From NCBI GenBank assembly GCA_963700145.1, contig OY969474.1, positions 2,752,001 through 2,816,000 on the forward strand: DNA of 64,000 nucleotides, written 5' to 3'. The position numbers and the translations under genes were made by a program. The stretch comes from an uncultured Acidobacteriota bacterium (lineage in GTDB: Bacteria > Acidobacteriota > Thermoanaerobaculia > Multivoradales > UBA5704). The notes beneath the pieces are model-generated. The model was not told where the DNA came from and did not search any database. It was given only the letters and a program-made list of their open reading frames with translations. Below, piece by piece: positions 1 through 8,291 of the stretch (its first letter is position 1; each line of letters starts with the position of its first letter).

Positions 1-1330
1 CAGAAAGGCGGGTGGTGTGGCAAGGGGGCCGTGCGGCGCGCATCAGCCACGGGCTACAAGCGCTGCTGCGGCCGATGGTCGAGGGCATCGAGGCCAGCCG
101 CCAGGGGCTGCTGGAGCTGTTTCACGCCGCGGGCGTCGAGGCCCTGGGGCGGCAGCTCGCGGACGAGGTCGAGGCCGTCGTCGGTCCGAAGCGTCGGCGC
201 AATCCGACCCGCGAGGCGTACCGCTGGGGCTCGACGGCGAGCGAGTTCGTGCTGGGTGGCCGCCAGGTGGCGCTGCCGCGACCGCGCGTCCGGCGACGCG
301 ACGGTGGCGAGATGAGCTTGCCTTCGGTGCGCGCCTTTCAGGACGAAGATCCCTTCACGGAGCGGGTGATCGAGCAGGCGCTGGTCGGCGTCTCGCAGCG
401 CCGCTACGGTCGGAGCTTGGAGCCGCTCGCAGAGTCGGTGCCGGAGCGCGCGACGAGCAAGAGTGCGGTCCAGCGCCGGCTGGTGGCGGGGACGCGTCGT
501 CTGCTGGGCGCGTGGCTGCGCCGAGACCTGTCGGACTTCCAGCCCCTGATCCTGATGATCGACGGGCTGGAGGTGGCCGGCCACACCCTGGTGGTGGCAC
601 TCGGCATCGCGCGCGACGGGACCAAGCGGGTGCTCGGCCTGCGTGAAGGCGCGACGGAGAACGCGGCGCTCTGTACCGGCCTGCTCCAGGAGCTGTTGGA
701 GCGAGGCCTCGCGATGCCGCCGCGCTTCTTGGCGGTGCTCGACGGCGGCAAGGGGCTGCGCAAGGCCGTGCGCGCCGTCTTCGGGGACGCAACCCACGTC
801 CAGCGCTGCCAGCTCCACAAGCGCCGCAACGTCCGCGACCACCTGCCCAAGCAGCTCCAAGCCCGGGTCGACCGCCTGATGGTCGAGGCCTACCAGAGCG
901 CTCGCTTCGACCTCGCCAAGCGTCGCCTCGAGCAGCTTGCCCGCTGGCTCGAGCACGCAGGCCACGCGGGCGCCGCGGGCAGCCTGCGCGAGGGCCTCGA
1001 CGAGACCCTCACCGCCTTGCGGCTGAAGCTGCCCGACGCTCTGCGCCGGTTGCTCGCCTCGACCAACGCGATCGAGAACACGATCGGCTCGATCCGTACG
1101 ACGACGCGCAACGTCAAGCGCTGGCGCGGCGGCGACATGGTGCTGCGCTGGGTCGCCCTGGCGCTGTGTGACGCGGAGGCTGGCTTCCGGCGTGTCAAGG
1201 GACATCGGCACCTCGGGGCTCTCGAGCTCGCGCTCGCGGCGATCGAGGAACCGACGAACACCAAGGCCGTGGCATGATCAACCGAGCCGCTTTCCCTCTT
1301 TCGGCTTTCAACAGGGAACGGGGCATCCCC
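1..1330 (+). mobile_element. IS256-family insertion sequence (left end outside window)
   Basis: Transposase followed by a terminal sequence ttcaacagggaacggggcatccc resembling IS256-type right ends; exact end approximate. Confidence 0.75.
12..1277 (+). CDS. IS256 (Mutator-type DDE) transposase
   Basis: Motifs LMIDG, LGLREGATEN, VLDGGKGL, QRCQLHKRRN, STNAIE, RNVKRWR typical of IS256 transposases. Confidence 0.93.
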   Translation: MVWQGGRAARISHGLQALLRPMVEGIEASRQGLLELFHAAGVEALGRQLADEVEAVVGPKRRRNPTREAYRWGSTASEFVLGGRQVALPRPRVRRRDGGEMSLPSVRAFQDEDPFTERVIEQALVGVSQRRYGRSLEPLAESVPERATSKSAVQRRLVAGTRRLLGAWLRRDLSDFQPLILMIDGLEVAGHTLVVALGIARDGTKRVLGLREGATENAALCTGLLQELLERGLAMPPRFLAVLDGGKGLRKAVRAVFGDATHVQRCQLHKRRNVRDHLPKQLQARVDRLMVEAYQSARFDLAKRRLEQLARWLEHAGHAGAAGSLREGLDETLTALRLKLPDALRRLLASTNAIENTIGSIRTTTRNVKRWRGGDMVLRWVALALCDAEAGFRRVKGHRHLGALELALAAIEEPTNTKAVA

Positions 1331-1415
1331 GGAAGCGCTTGGCTGGGCTTTTCTGGACATACGGGAGTTTCCCCCGCTATGACCCCGCCTCGGCGCTTCT
1401 TTATGAAGGGTGCGG

Positions 1416-2783
1416 CTAGTGCTCCGTCAGCGGCCGCTCGCCCGGCCGGTGCCAGTGCCGCAGCACGTACTCGCGGATCGCCTTGAAGGCGCCCTCCTGG
1501 TAGCGGCGCTTCCTCACCGCCTCGGTTGTCAGGTACCAGACCACCTGCAGCTCGGGATGGACCTGCCAGACTTCCAGGAGCTGGTACACCCGCTGCCCGA
1601 GCGCGATGGCTTCGATGAACCGTTCTTGTGCCACGAGGACTTCCATGAGATCAACCGAGATCAGGACGTGCTCGGAGCGCATGTTGTGCTTGAGGAACTC
1701 TCCGGCCGTGCGACGGAACGTACTCACCGCACCACGCACGTCTCCAAGCTCGCGGGCGATCCGGCCTTCCAGCCAGTGCAATCGAAGCTGCGTCCAGGCA
1801 TCCCCGAATTGCCGGTAGAGCGGACGGGTGAAGTTGAGGATAGCCACGGCATCATTGACCCGACCGGCTTCAACGAGAAACCAGGCAAGGTTGTGCAGGC
1901 CGCACAGTTCAAGTCGCGCGTCCGGAATCCCAGCGATGAGTACGAGCGCCTCTCGAATCCAGGTGATTCCTCGCTCCGGGTCGACGTACCCTAGGTAGAG
2001 ACCCTGCTGGAGGTGGAGGCGCGCGGAGGCTCCCTCGTCTTCAATCTCAAGGAGCAGCTCTTGGGCGCGCGTGAGCAGCTCGGCCGCCTCCTCGAAGTAC
2101 CCGAGGTCTGCCCGCAGCGATGCCCGAAAGGAGATCAGGTTGGCCTCTTCGATGGGGTCGCCGGAGCCTTCGTCCAGCGCCTCCTGTGCCGTAGCGAAGG
2201 CTTCGGCCGCACCCTCGAAGTCCGCCGCGAGCCGCTTGGCGTTCCCCAGGATGCCGAGGGCCTGGCACCTGAGGTCAGCGAGAAACGCGGCCGTGTACTC
2301 CTCCGGCTGCAAGTTAACGTGGACGGAGAGCGCAAGGGTAGCAAGCGCGACGGCCTCTTCCGGATCGCTCGACCATGCTTCGCGTGCTTCCTCGATCACC
2401 CGGTCAAAGAAGCCCCAAATGTGGAAGCGGCTATCGGCCTTTGCGATCGCAAGGCGCTCCTCGGGCTTCTGAGCGGCGACTTCGCTCCAGAGTCCGCGCG
2501 CCCTGACGTGCTGCTCGGCGATCTTCTCCTTCAGGGGATGTGGGTCGAAGGCACGGGCATACACGAGCTGGAAGGCTTGCTCGAAGTTCATCGGCGGCTT
2601 CGGGACCACGAACTGCCCGTTCCTGAAGGCGAGGCCGAAGCGTGCCGCAACCTCCTCTGCCACCGCCTGGCACTCGGGACAGCGCGAGAGCAGGTGGTTG
2701 ATGATGGGAGTGCTCTCCGCCGGGGTGAGCTCGAAAAAGAGGAACCGCTCCAGGATCTTCCGGGACAGGTGCTCGTCGGCCAT
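1416..2783 (-). CDS. TPR-repeat protein with N-terminal zinc-binding-like HLLxxCxxC motif
   Basis: Helical TPR-like repeats (ALGILGNAKRLAADFEGAAEAF, LHNLAWFLVEAGRVNDA); HLLSRCPEC resembles a ZAS anti-sigma zinc motif. Confidence 0.75.
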   Translation of the reverse strand: MADEHLSRKILERFLFFELTPAESTPIINHLLSRCPECQAVAEEVAARFGLAFRNGQFVVPKPPMNFEQAFQLVYARAFDPHPLKEKIAEQHVRARGLWSEVAAQKPEERLAIAKADSRFHIWGFFDRVIEEAREAWSSDPEEAVALATLALSVHVNLQPEEYTAAFLADLRCQALGILGNAKRLAADFEGAAEAFATAQEALDEGSGDPIEEANLISFRASLRADLGYFEEAAELLTRAQELLLEIEDEGASARLHLQQGLYLGYVDPERGITWIREALVLIAGIPDARLELCGLHNLAWFLVEAGRVNDAVAILNFTRPLYRQFGDAWTQLRLHWLEGRIARELGDVRGAVSTFRRTAGEFLKHNMRSEHVLISVDLMEVLVAQERFIEAIALGQRVYQLLEVWQVHPELQVVWYLTTEAVRKRRYQEGAFKAIREYVLRHWHRPGERPLTEH

Positions 2784-2915
2784 CGGCCCCTCCGGTGCGA
2801 GACTTCCCTAAAAGGCTAGGTAGCCGTAAGGCCCAAAAAAGTGACACGGGAGGCAAGGACCGCCGGCGAGCATCGCCCGCCGGCGGGATTTGCAGCAGCA
2901 CTACCTCGGAGTGGC

Positions 2916-3182
2916 CTACCCGTTCGGGTCCATCCCGCCCCGACTTGGCGGCGGAGGGGGCGGTGCGTCGGCAGCTACCGACGCCTTCGGCCCGCGGGGC
3001 GCTGCGGGGGCCAAGAGATCCTCGAGGAGCTCGAACACCCGGGTCCAGAGCCTGGAGAGGACGGCCCCCGCCGGTCTGCCGGCGAAGGCGTCCGATCTGC
3101 CTGCGGCGACGGCGGGTGCTGCCGCCGCAAGCATGACCGTGAGGGCCAGAAGCCCGACTACCGCTCGTCTGCGTCGCATCAC
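2916..3182 (-). CDS. Small secreted peptide precursor ending in GGMDPNG
   Basis: Basic N-terminus, hydrophobic signal peptide with AxA site, poly-Pro linker, terminal MDPNG; RBS-like gaaagga upstream. Confidence 0.7.
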   Translation of the reverse strand: MMRRRRAVVGLLALTVMLAAAAPAVAAGRSDAFAGRPAGAVLSRLWTRVFELLEDLLAPAAPRGPKASVAADAPPPPPPSRGGMDPNG

Positions 3183-3347
3183 TTTCCTTTCGAGCCGGAG
3201 GAGAAGACGCGCCGACCAGGGCGGCCGGCGGCCGTGTTTCCTCCGCGCCTAAAAGGCAAGTGCTAATGGGCTATGGGCGGTTGACTGGCGCGGGGGACGA
3301 CGGGAGCCCATTTCGAGAAAAAGTTGCGCAGATATAGTCAGCGGTAC

Positions 3348-3908
3348 ATGCCACGCCGTACCGTCTGGCCGGCGCCGCCCGAGGTGGGGATCGCGCGGGA
3401 GCAAGCGGCCGCTTTCGAGGAGCTGCTGCCCCGAGTGCGCCCGCGCCTCAAAGCGATCCTTGGCCGCTATCGCATTCCGGCGGAAGACGCGGATGACCTA
3501 GTCCAGGAGGCGCTCTTGTGCACCCTTCGGCGCTGGCAGGAGATCAAGGCCCCCGAGGGTTGGCTTCTTGGTGTGTTCGATCGAATGTGTCGCAGCTACT
3601 GGAGCAAGAGGAGGCGCAGTCGGGTCGAATGCGTCGAGAATCTCGAACTCGAACGCCTCGCCGGCGCAGTGCCCGCGCCGCAGATCGCCCGAGAGTCGGC
3701 GGTCGATGCTGCGCGGCTCCTTGCGAGTCTGCCGCCGCGAGCCGCGGCGGTCTTGTGGCTGCGATATGGCGAGGGCATGGTAAGTGGAGAGGTGGCCGCC
3801 GCACTCGGCTACCGATCGGGGAGTGTGCGGACGGTTTCCTCGCGTGCGATCGGCCGGCTCTTGTGCATGAGAAGTTCCAGCGCCGCACCTGAAGCGCCGC
3901 CTACGTGA
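3348..3908 (+). CDS. ECF-type RNA polymerase sigma-70 factor
   Basis: Region 2 (DADDLVQEALL..W, GWL) and region 4 HTH (LPPRAAAVLWLRYGEGM..EVAAALG..GSVR). Confidence 0.85.
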   Translation: MPRRTVWPAPPEVGIAREQAAAFEELLPRVRPRLKAILGRYRIPAEDADDLVQEALLCTLRRWQEIKAPEGWLLGVFDRMCRSYWSKRRRSRVECVENLELERLAGAVPAPQIARESAVDAARLLASLPPRAAAVLWLRYGEGMVSGEVAAALGYRSGSVRTVSSRAIGRLLCMRSSSAAPEAPPT

Positions 3909-3921
3909 CCGGCAGGAGTGA

Positions 3922-4131
3922 GTGGTAAGGTCTGAGGAAGTGGAAGACGGTACAGACGTAGTTGAGGAACGGCAGGAAGCGGAGCATTGCACGGGCTGCG
4001 GGCAGCCGACCGTTACGGCGATTTGGGATGGAGAGAGGAAGCTGCCGCTGTGCCCGGAGTGTCACCCGCTGCTTCTGGAGCGGCCTGAGGTTCACGACCT
4101 CCTACTCGCGCCTGTTGCTGTCCAAGTTTGA
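3922..4131 (+). CDS. Small zinc-ribbon protein
   Basis: CTGC and CPEC pairs. Confidence 0.5.
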   Translation: MVRSEEVEDGTDVVEERQEAEHCTGCGQPTVTAIWDGERKLPLCPECHPLLLERPEVHDLLLAPVAVQV

Positions 4132-4143
4132 GGCTGTTGGCCG

Positions 4144-4320
4144 GTGACACTTCGGCTCTACTCAGCGACTGTCATCCATCGTGACGTGGACGGCCGGGTC
4201 CACGAGCAGAGGTTCCCCATCCGCGCTGCGGACAATGAAAAAGCCTCCGCGCTGGCATTCGACTATGTTCTAGAGGTGCTGAAGCTCAAGGAATTTGAGC
4301 TGCGAGTCGTCGGTTCCTGA
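4144..4320 (+). CDS. Small hypothetical protein (58 aa, absent from ORF track)
   Basis: GTG start; reads MTLRLYSATVIHRDVDGRVHEQRFPIRAADNEKASALAFDYVLEVLKLKEFELRVVGS; fills the gap co-directionally. Confidence 0.5.
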   Translation: MTLRLYSATVIHRDVDGRVHEQRFPIRAADNEKASALAFDYVLEVLKLKEFELRVVGS

Positions 4321-4369
4321 CGCGACGGCTACTTGTTCTCCTCACCGCCAGCCGAGATGGCTAGTGCGA

Positions 4370-5365
4370 TTACCGCACCTTTGTACGACGCGCGATGAGA
4401 ACACTTTTGAGGGGGTCGCCCGACGGGTGCGGGTGGTTCTCCATCACCATTTTGGTTTCTGGCTTCGGGTTGTAGAGATCTCCCGCTCGTGCCAGACTTC
4501 TGAGGTGGGCTTCGTCTCTGGCGATGGCGTAAGTTTCGGTCTCCACGATGGTGGCGAGGTTGACGTATCGGACTTGGTCGCGGGTAAGCTCGATGGTGCG
4601 CATGTCGTCGCCGAGCTCATTGAAGAGTATGCAGGTCTGGGGCGAGAGCGGAAAGGTTCTTACGATCTCCGGGCGAGAGACTCCCCAGGCCCACTCCCTT
4701 TTCGCCGTCGGTATCTCGGGAGGGAACAGAAGCCCAAAGGGGTTATCGCACGTTACAAACGAGGTGTTTCTATCGGCTTTGGCTATAAGCCAACTGGCGC
4801 AGAAGAACCGCTCTCCAAAGTTGTCACCCTGCTTGAGCATCAGTCCCAACCGCGTGTTGTCGCCTACCTCAAGCGCAAACTCCCCGCTGTCTAGGTATTC
4901 GATGAACTCTTCGGGCGGCCCGTCAAAGTTCTTTGCCGCCTCGGGGTCTTCAAGATTCTTGCGCAGTATGACCTCCGCGAAGCCAGTGGTAATTTCGTTT
5001 AGGCTACGTTCAAACGCCGGGGTACGCGCCATGAGCAAGCCGAGGAAGCGGGCGAGGCGAAAGCGATCTTCACGACTGAAGTCAGCTCCGGACTCAAGGG
5101 CATCGAATGCGGGCTTTGCCGCAGCTTCAATCGCGGCGAGCAGACGCTCAACATCGGCGCGCCGCTCACCTGACTCATCGGTAAAGGAATAGTAGTGCCC
5201 TATGACAGCGGTATTTCGCGGTGTCGTTCCGCGAAGCTGTCCTTTGGAACGGTCGAAGACCCACAACCTTCCAGAGCCTGTGAACCGGTCCAAGTAGAAC
5301 TCGGGCAGGTAGTGGTGCCGCTTCGGTGTGGACATACCGCGAATTCCATCAACTTTCTTCTCCAT
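4370..5365 (-). CDS. DUF4238 domain protein
   Basis: N-terminal KRHHYLPEFYL, later FVTCDNP and FPLSPQ motifs characteristic of DUF4238. Confidence 0.85.
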   Translation of the reverse strand: MEKKVDGIRGMSTPKRHHYLPEFYLDRFTGSGRLWVFDRSKGQLRGTTPRNTAVIGHYYSFTDESGERRADVERLLAAIEAAAKPAFDALESGADFSREDRFRLARFLGLLMARTPAFERSLNEITTGFAEVILRKNLEDPEAAKNFDGPPEEFIEYLDSGEFALEVGDNTRLGLMLKQGDNFGERFFCASWLIAKADRNTSFVTCDNPFGLLFPPEIPTAKREWAWGVSRPEIVRTFPLSPQTCILFNELGDDMRTIELTRDQVRYVNLATIVETETYAIARDEAHLRSLARAGDLYNPKPETKMVMENHPHPSGDPLKSVLIARRTKVR

Positions 5366-5536
5366 ACCAGACTATCAGACAATGAAGACGATATGAGTTG
5401 GGGGGTAGCAGGGAGCGTGGAGGTCGGCTCTTCAGACGCTCCCGGCAGAAGCGGCAGGTCCAGGTTTGGAGTGGTGCTGGCTCAGCACCTATAATCTGGG
5501 GGCGAGGTTGACGGAACTAGGATCGGGAGATGGCCG

Positions 5537-7153
5537 GTGGTGGAGAGAGACTTAGGACCACTTGGAGAAGCAACACTAGCGGCGTGGGCAGCCGCCCGTG
5601 GGATTACCGCCCAAAGAGTGACAGTAGATCGTTATGGGTGGGATTGCCTGCTTGAGTTTCCCCCGGCATCGCTTAGTGGGCCCTTTACGCTGCCACGCGA
5701 CCGAGAGCCTGCGAGCCTTCGGTGTCTGGTACAAGTGAAAGCCACCGGCGTGGGAAGACTGAGATATCAGGTGAAGCTCACGAAGCTGCATCAATTGATT
5801 ACTCACATCTTTCCAGCTTTTTTCCTTGTGCTCGTTTTTGGCGACGATGAGCGAGCGCAATCTGCATACTTGATACATGTTGGTGAATCGCTAATTGAGA
5901 AGGGGCTTCGGCGGATTCGGAAGCTGGATTCACAGGGAAAGTATGACGCGCAGCGTACTTTCAGTGTTGGCTGCAGGAGCGAGGCCAAATTGGAGGCTGC
6001 GACCGGTGAAGCTCTGGAACGGGCTATTCGACGACACGTTGGCCCTAGCCTTGAGGAGTATGTGAAGTGGAAGCTCAATCTCAGGGAGAGCATTGGGTAT
6101 CAACCGGCTCAGAGCGAGTTGACTATGACCGAGTTAACTATGACCGTGAACCTAGATGAATTGCATGGAATGAGTCTGCCTGAATACTTGCAGGACCTTT
6201 CACTTGGGTTAAAGCCGGCTCTGAATATACGGCGTGCGCAATTAAAGGATATCCGCTTCGATATACCACGCGTGGTGCACGAGCTTCCAGCTGGTGAGTT
6301 TGCCGTCATCCAAGAGGATCCCGAGCCAGTGGAGCTAGTCCTAACGGTTGGTACAAAGGTTGTACGCGCGGCAATGGAGATGATTCTCCCGAAGGGCCTG
6401 GGAAAGGTAATCAAGCCGGAATCTCTCAAGGTGCGCTTCCGAAGCCGCTATTTTGATTTTGTGGTAGGCCAATCGCAGCTCAACGTACACTTTAGTCTTG
6501 ATCCTTCCGGGCCACCACAGGAGCTTGCGCCACTTCACGAGTGGGCGCGGGTGATTCTCCTTTTTGCTGAGGCGATTGAAACGGGAGATGCAGTCGATAT
6601 CGTCATTCATTCGCATGGGCAGATTTGGATCCAGAATGCACTTGCTATGCATGATGAGCTCTTGCCGCCAGAGGCCCAGAAGGTAGCGGAGGTCGTTCGG
6701 AATGCATGGCTGGTGGCTGAACGATTGGGGATACAGGATATCGTGCGTGCGCCAATTGCTGAGCTGCTGGACCAGGGAGAACGTTTTTCATTCTTCAATC
6801 AGCTTCTTGCTGCCACAACTCCGAGAATCAAGGTCGGTGATACCTTCGAGCCGGAGCCAAGCGAAGGTAGTCGTGTTTTCGTACCCTTTGGAATGGAGGT
6901 GCTCCTGGGTGACTACAAGGGCACCGTCGTTGTGACGGTGTGGGGCGAGGCGAGACGTACAGGACGTTATCGCGAAGGCTTGCCGGAATACGAGGTAGTG
7001 ACTGACGAGAAGCGAGTGGAGAAGGTGTTTGCAACACGGAGCGACGAGGTAGCACCGATGAGTCTTGCCGCGGCGGTGAACGCTGTTGTAGATTCTTACT
7101 CCGAGGGCCAGTGTTGGTTATTGCGACAGTACGTCATGCCGGAGACCGAGTGA
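5537..7153 (+). CDS. Protein with N-terminal DUF4365-like PD-(D/E)XK nuclease domain
   Basis: LGE..., DRYGWD, QVKAT motif; lower GC than host. Confidence 0.65.
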   Translation: MVERDLGPLGEATLAAWAAARGITAQRVTVDRYGWDCLLEFPPASLSGPFTLPRDREPASLRCLVQVKATGVGRLRYQVKLTKLHQLITHIFPAFFLVLVFGDDERAQSAYLIHVGESLIEKGLRRIRKLDSQGKYDAQRTFSVGCRSEAKLEAATGEALERAIRRHVGPSLEEYVKWKLNLRESIGYQPAQSELTMTELTMTVNLDELHGMSLPEYLQDLSLGLKPALNIRRAQLKDIRFDIPRVVHELPAGEFAVIQEDPEPVELVLTVGTKVVRAAMEMILPKGLGKVIKPESLKVRFRSRYFDFVVGQSQLNVHFSLDPSGPPQELAPLHEWARVILLFAEAIETGDAVDIVIHSHGQIWIQNALAMHDELLPPEAQKVAEVVRNAWLVAERLGIQDIVRAPIAELLDQGERFSFFNQLLAATTPRIKVGDTFEPEPSEGSRVFVPFGMEVLLGDYKGTVVVTVWGEARRTGRYREGLPEYEVVTDEKRVEKVFATRSDEVAPMSLAAAVNAVVDSYSEGQCWLLRQYVMPETE

Positions 7154-7193
7154 GCCACTCCCTGTGTGACCCTTGTAGATCCCTCGCCTGCCT

Positions 7194-7221
7194 AAAAACA
7201 AAAGGACCCCGGGTGGGGTCC
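7194..7221 (-). terminator. Rho-independent terminator after SymE gene
   Basis: Minus strand ggacccc-accc-ggggtcc followed by ttttgttttt. Confidence 0.75.
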
Positions 7222-7232
7222 ATGAGAAGGTG

Positions 7233-7817
7233 CTAGCTCTCCGCGACTGCCGAGGCGGGCGGAAGCGTTAGATCCAGTTGATCGGAGGCGGGAGGAAGCC
7301 CTGCTCTGTGCAGCCGCGCCGTCTCCATCCGAGCCCGCTCTCGCCAGAGTTCCCGCTCCAGTTCCTCCTTGGTCAGCTTCGCCACCGCGGCCAGCGCGTC
7401 GATTGCGGCCGCGAGGTAGTCGCCGACGACGCACTCAATCGCGCCGAGGATCTCCGCGGCCAGGTCGGGCGCCAGCTTCTCCTCGAGCAGCCCGTCGTGA
7501 AGCTTCGGCGCCGGCAGCCCTTCGTGGACCTCGTTGAGGGCGGCAACGATCGCCGCGAGCTTCTCCGCGAGCGCACCGAGAACCTGCTGTGCTTCGGGAA
7601 CGGAGTAGCGCGTTCTCGGAGCACGGCCGGTCAGGGTCAGCGAGAGGGTGCCGAGAAGAACGTCGACCGTCATCTTCGCCCCGTTTGCAAACCCCGCTCG
7701 TTCGAGCCAGCGGCCCCGCAGACGAATCATGGGAACGCTGTCCGGCTTCTCGGAGTGAGACCATCCGGGCTCCCGATGGTCGCTGTAGAGGCCAACCGTC
7801 AAAGTCTTTCGCTTCAT
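7233..7817 (-). CDS. symE: SymE-family type I toxin with C-terminal helical extension
   Basis: PMIRLRGRWLERAGFANGAKMTVDV..LSLT is the SymE (AbrB-fold) signature. Confidence 0.8.
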   Translation of the reverse strand: MKRKTLTVGLYSDHREPGWSHSEKPDSVPMIRLRGRWLERAGFANGAKMTVDVLLGTLSLTLTGRAPRTRYSVPEAQQVLGALAEKLAAIVAALNEVHEGLPAPKLHDGLLEEKLAPDLAAEILGAIECVVGDYLAAAIDALAAVAKLTKEELERELWRERARMETARLHRAGLPPASDQLDLTLPPASAVAES

Positions 7818-7939
7818 GCGTGTTTCTCCATGGAAGCCCGGGCCACCGGGCGAATGCCGGCGGCACTTGCCGCGGCGGCCCGGTGTTCCTTCTCTCCTGT
7901 CTGCGGGCGCTGCATCGTCGCGTCCTATCCCGGTCTCCG

Positions 7940-8070
7940 CACCTCCGCTCTAGTAATCCTCGGCAGAGTCATTCCGCCGGGAAAAGTGAAAGCTCTCGCA
8001 CCCGCAAGGTGCGAAGGCGATTGCTCAACTTGGGGGAAGGCGTTAAGGTGCTATCTGAAGATCAGCGTAG
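7940..8070. ncRNA. Putative structured RNA / toxin leader-antisense element, copy 1
   Basis: Near-identical to 12774-12911; GNRA-capped hairpin cgcacccGCAAggtgcg; upstream of symE. Confidence 0.55.
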
Positions 8071-8291
8071 GCGAGGAGATCAAGCAGTCATAGCCGTACA
8101 AATCTGCCGAGAAGGCAGGTTGGGCGGGCGGGCAGACTGCAACGGCCAATGGCCGAGTGGTCCTGAAGAAGCTGTGCGGGTCTTCTTCCGCATAGCTCGA
8201 TAGACACTTACCTATGCGCCATCTTCATTGACACCGACCAAACCAGGTTTCAGGATGCGCGTAGCCGTCTCTTGCCAGATGGGCTGAACTT

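Noticed and set aside
7940-8070. Cobalamin or c-di-GMP riboswitch, or group II intron fragment
   Set aside because: Only isolated words (aggtgc, gtgaaag) match; order and core motifs do not fit, so kept as an unknown RNA
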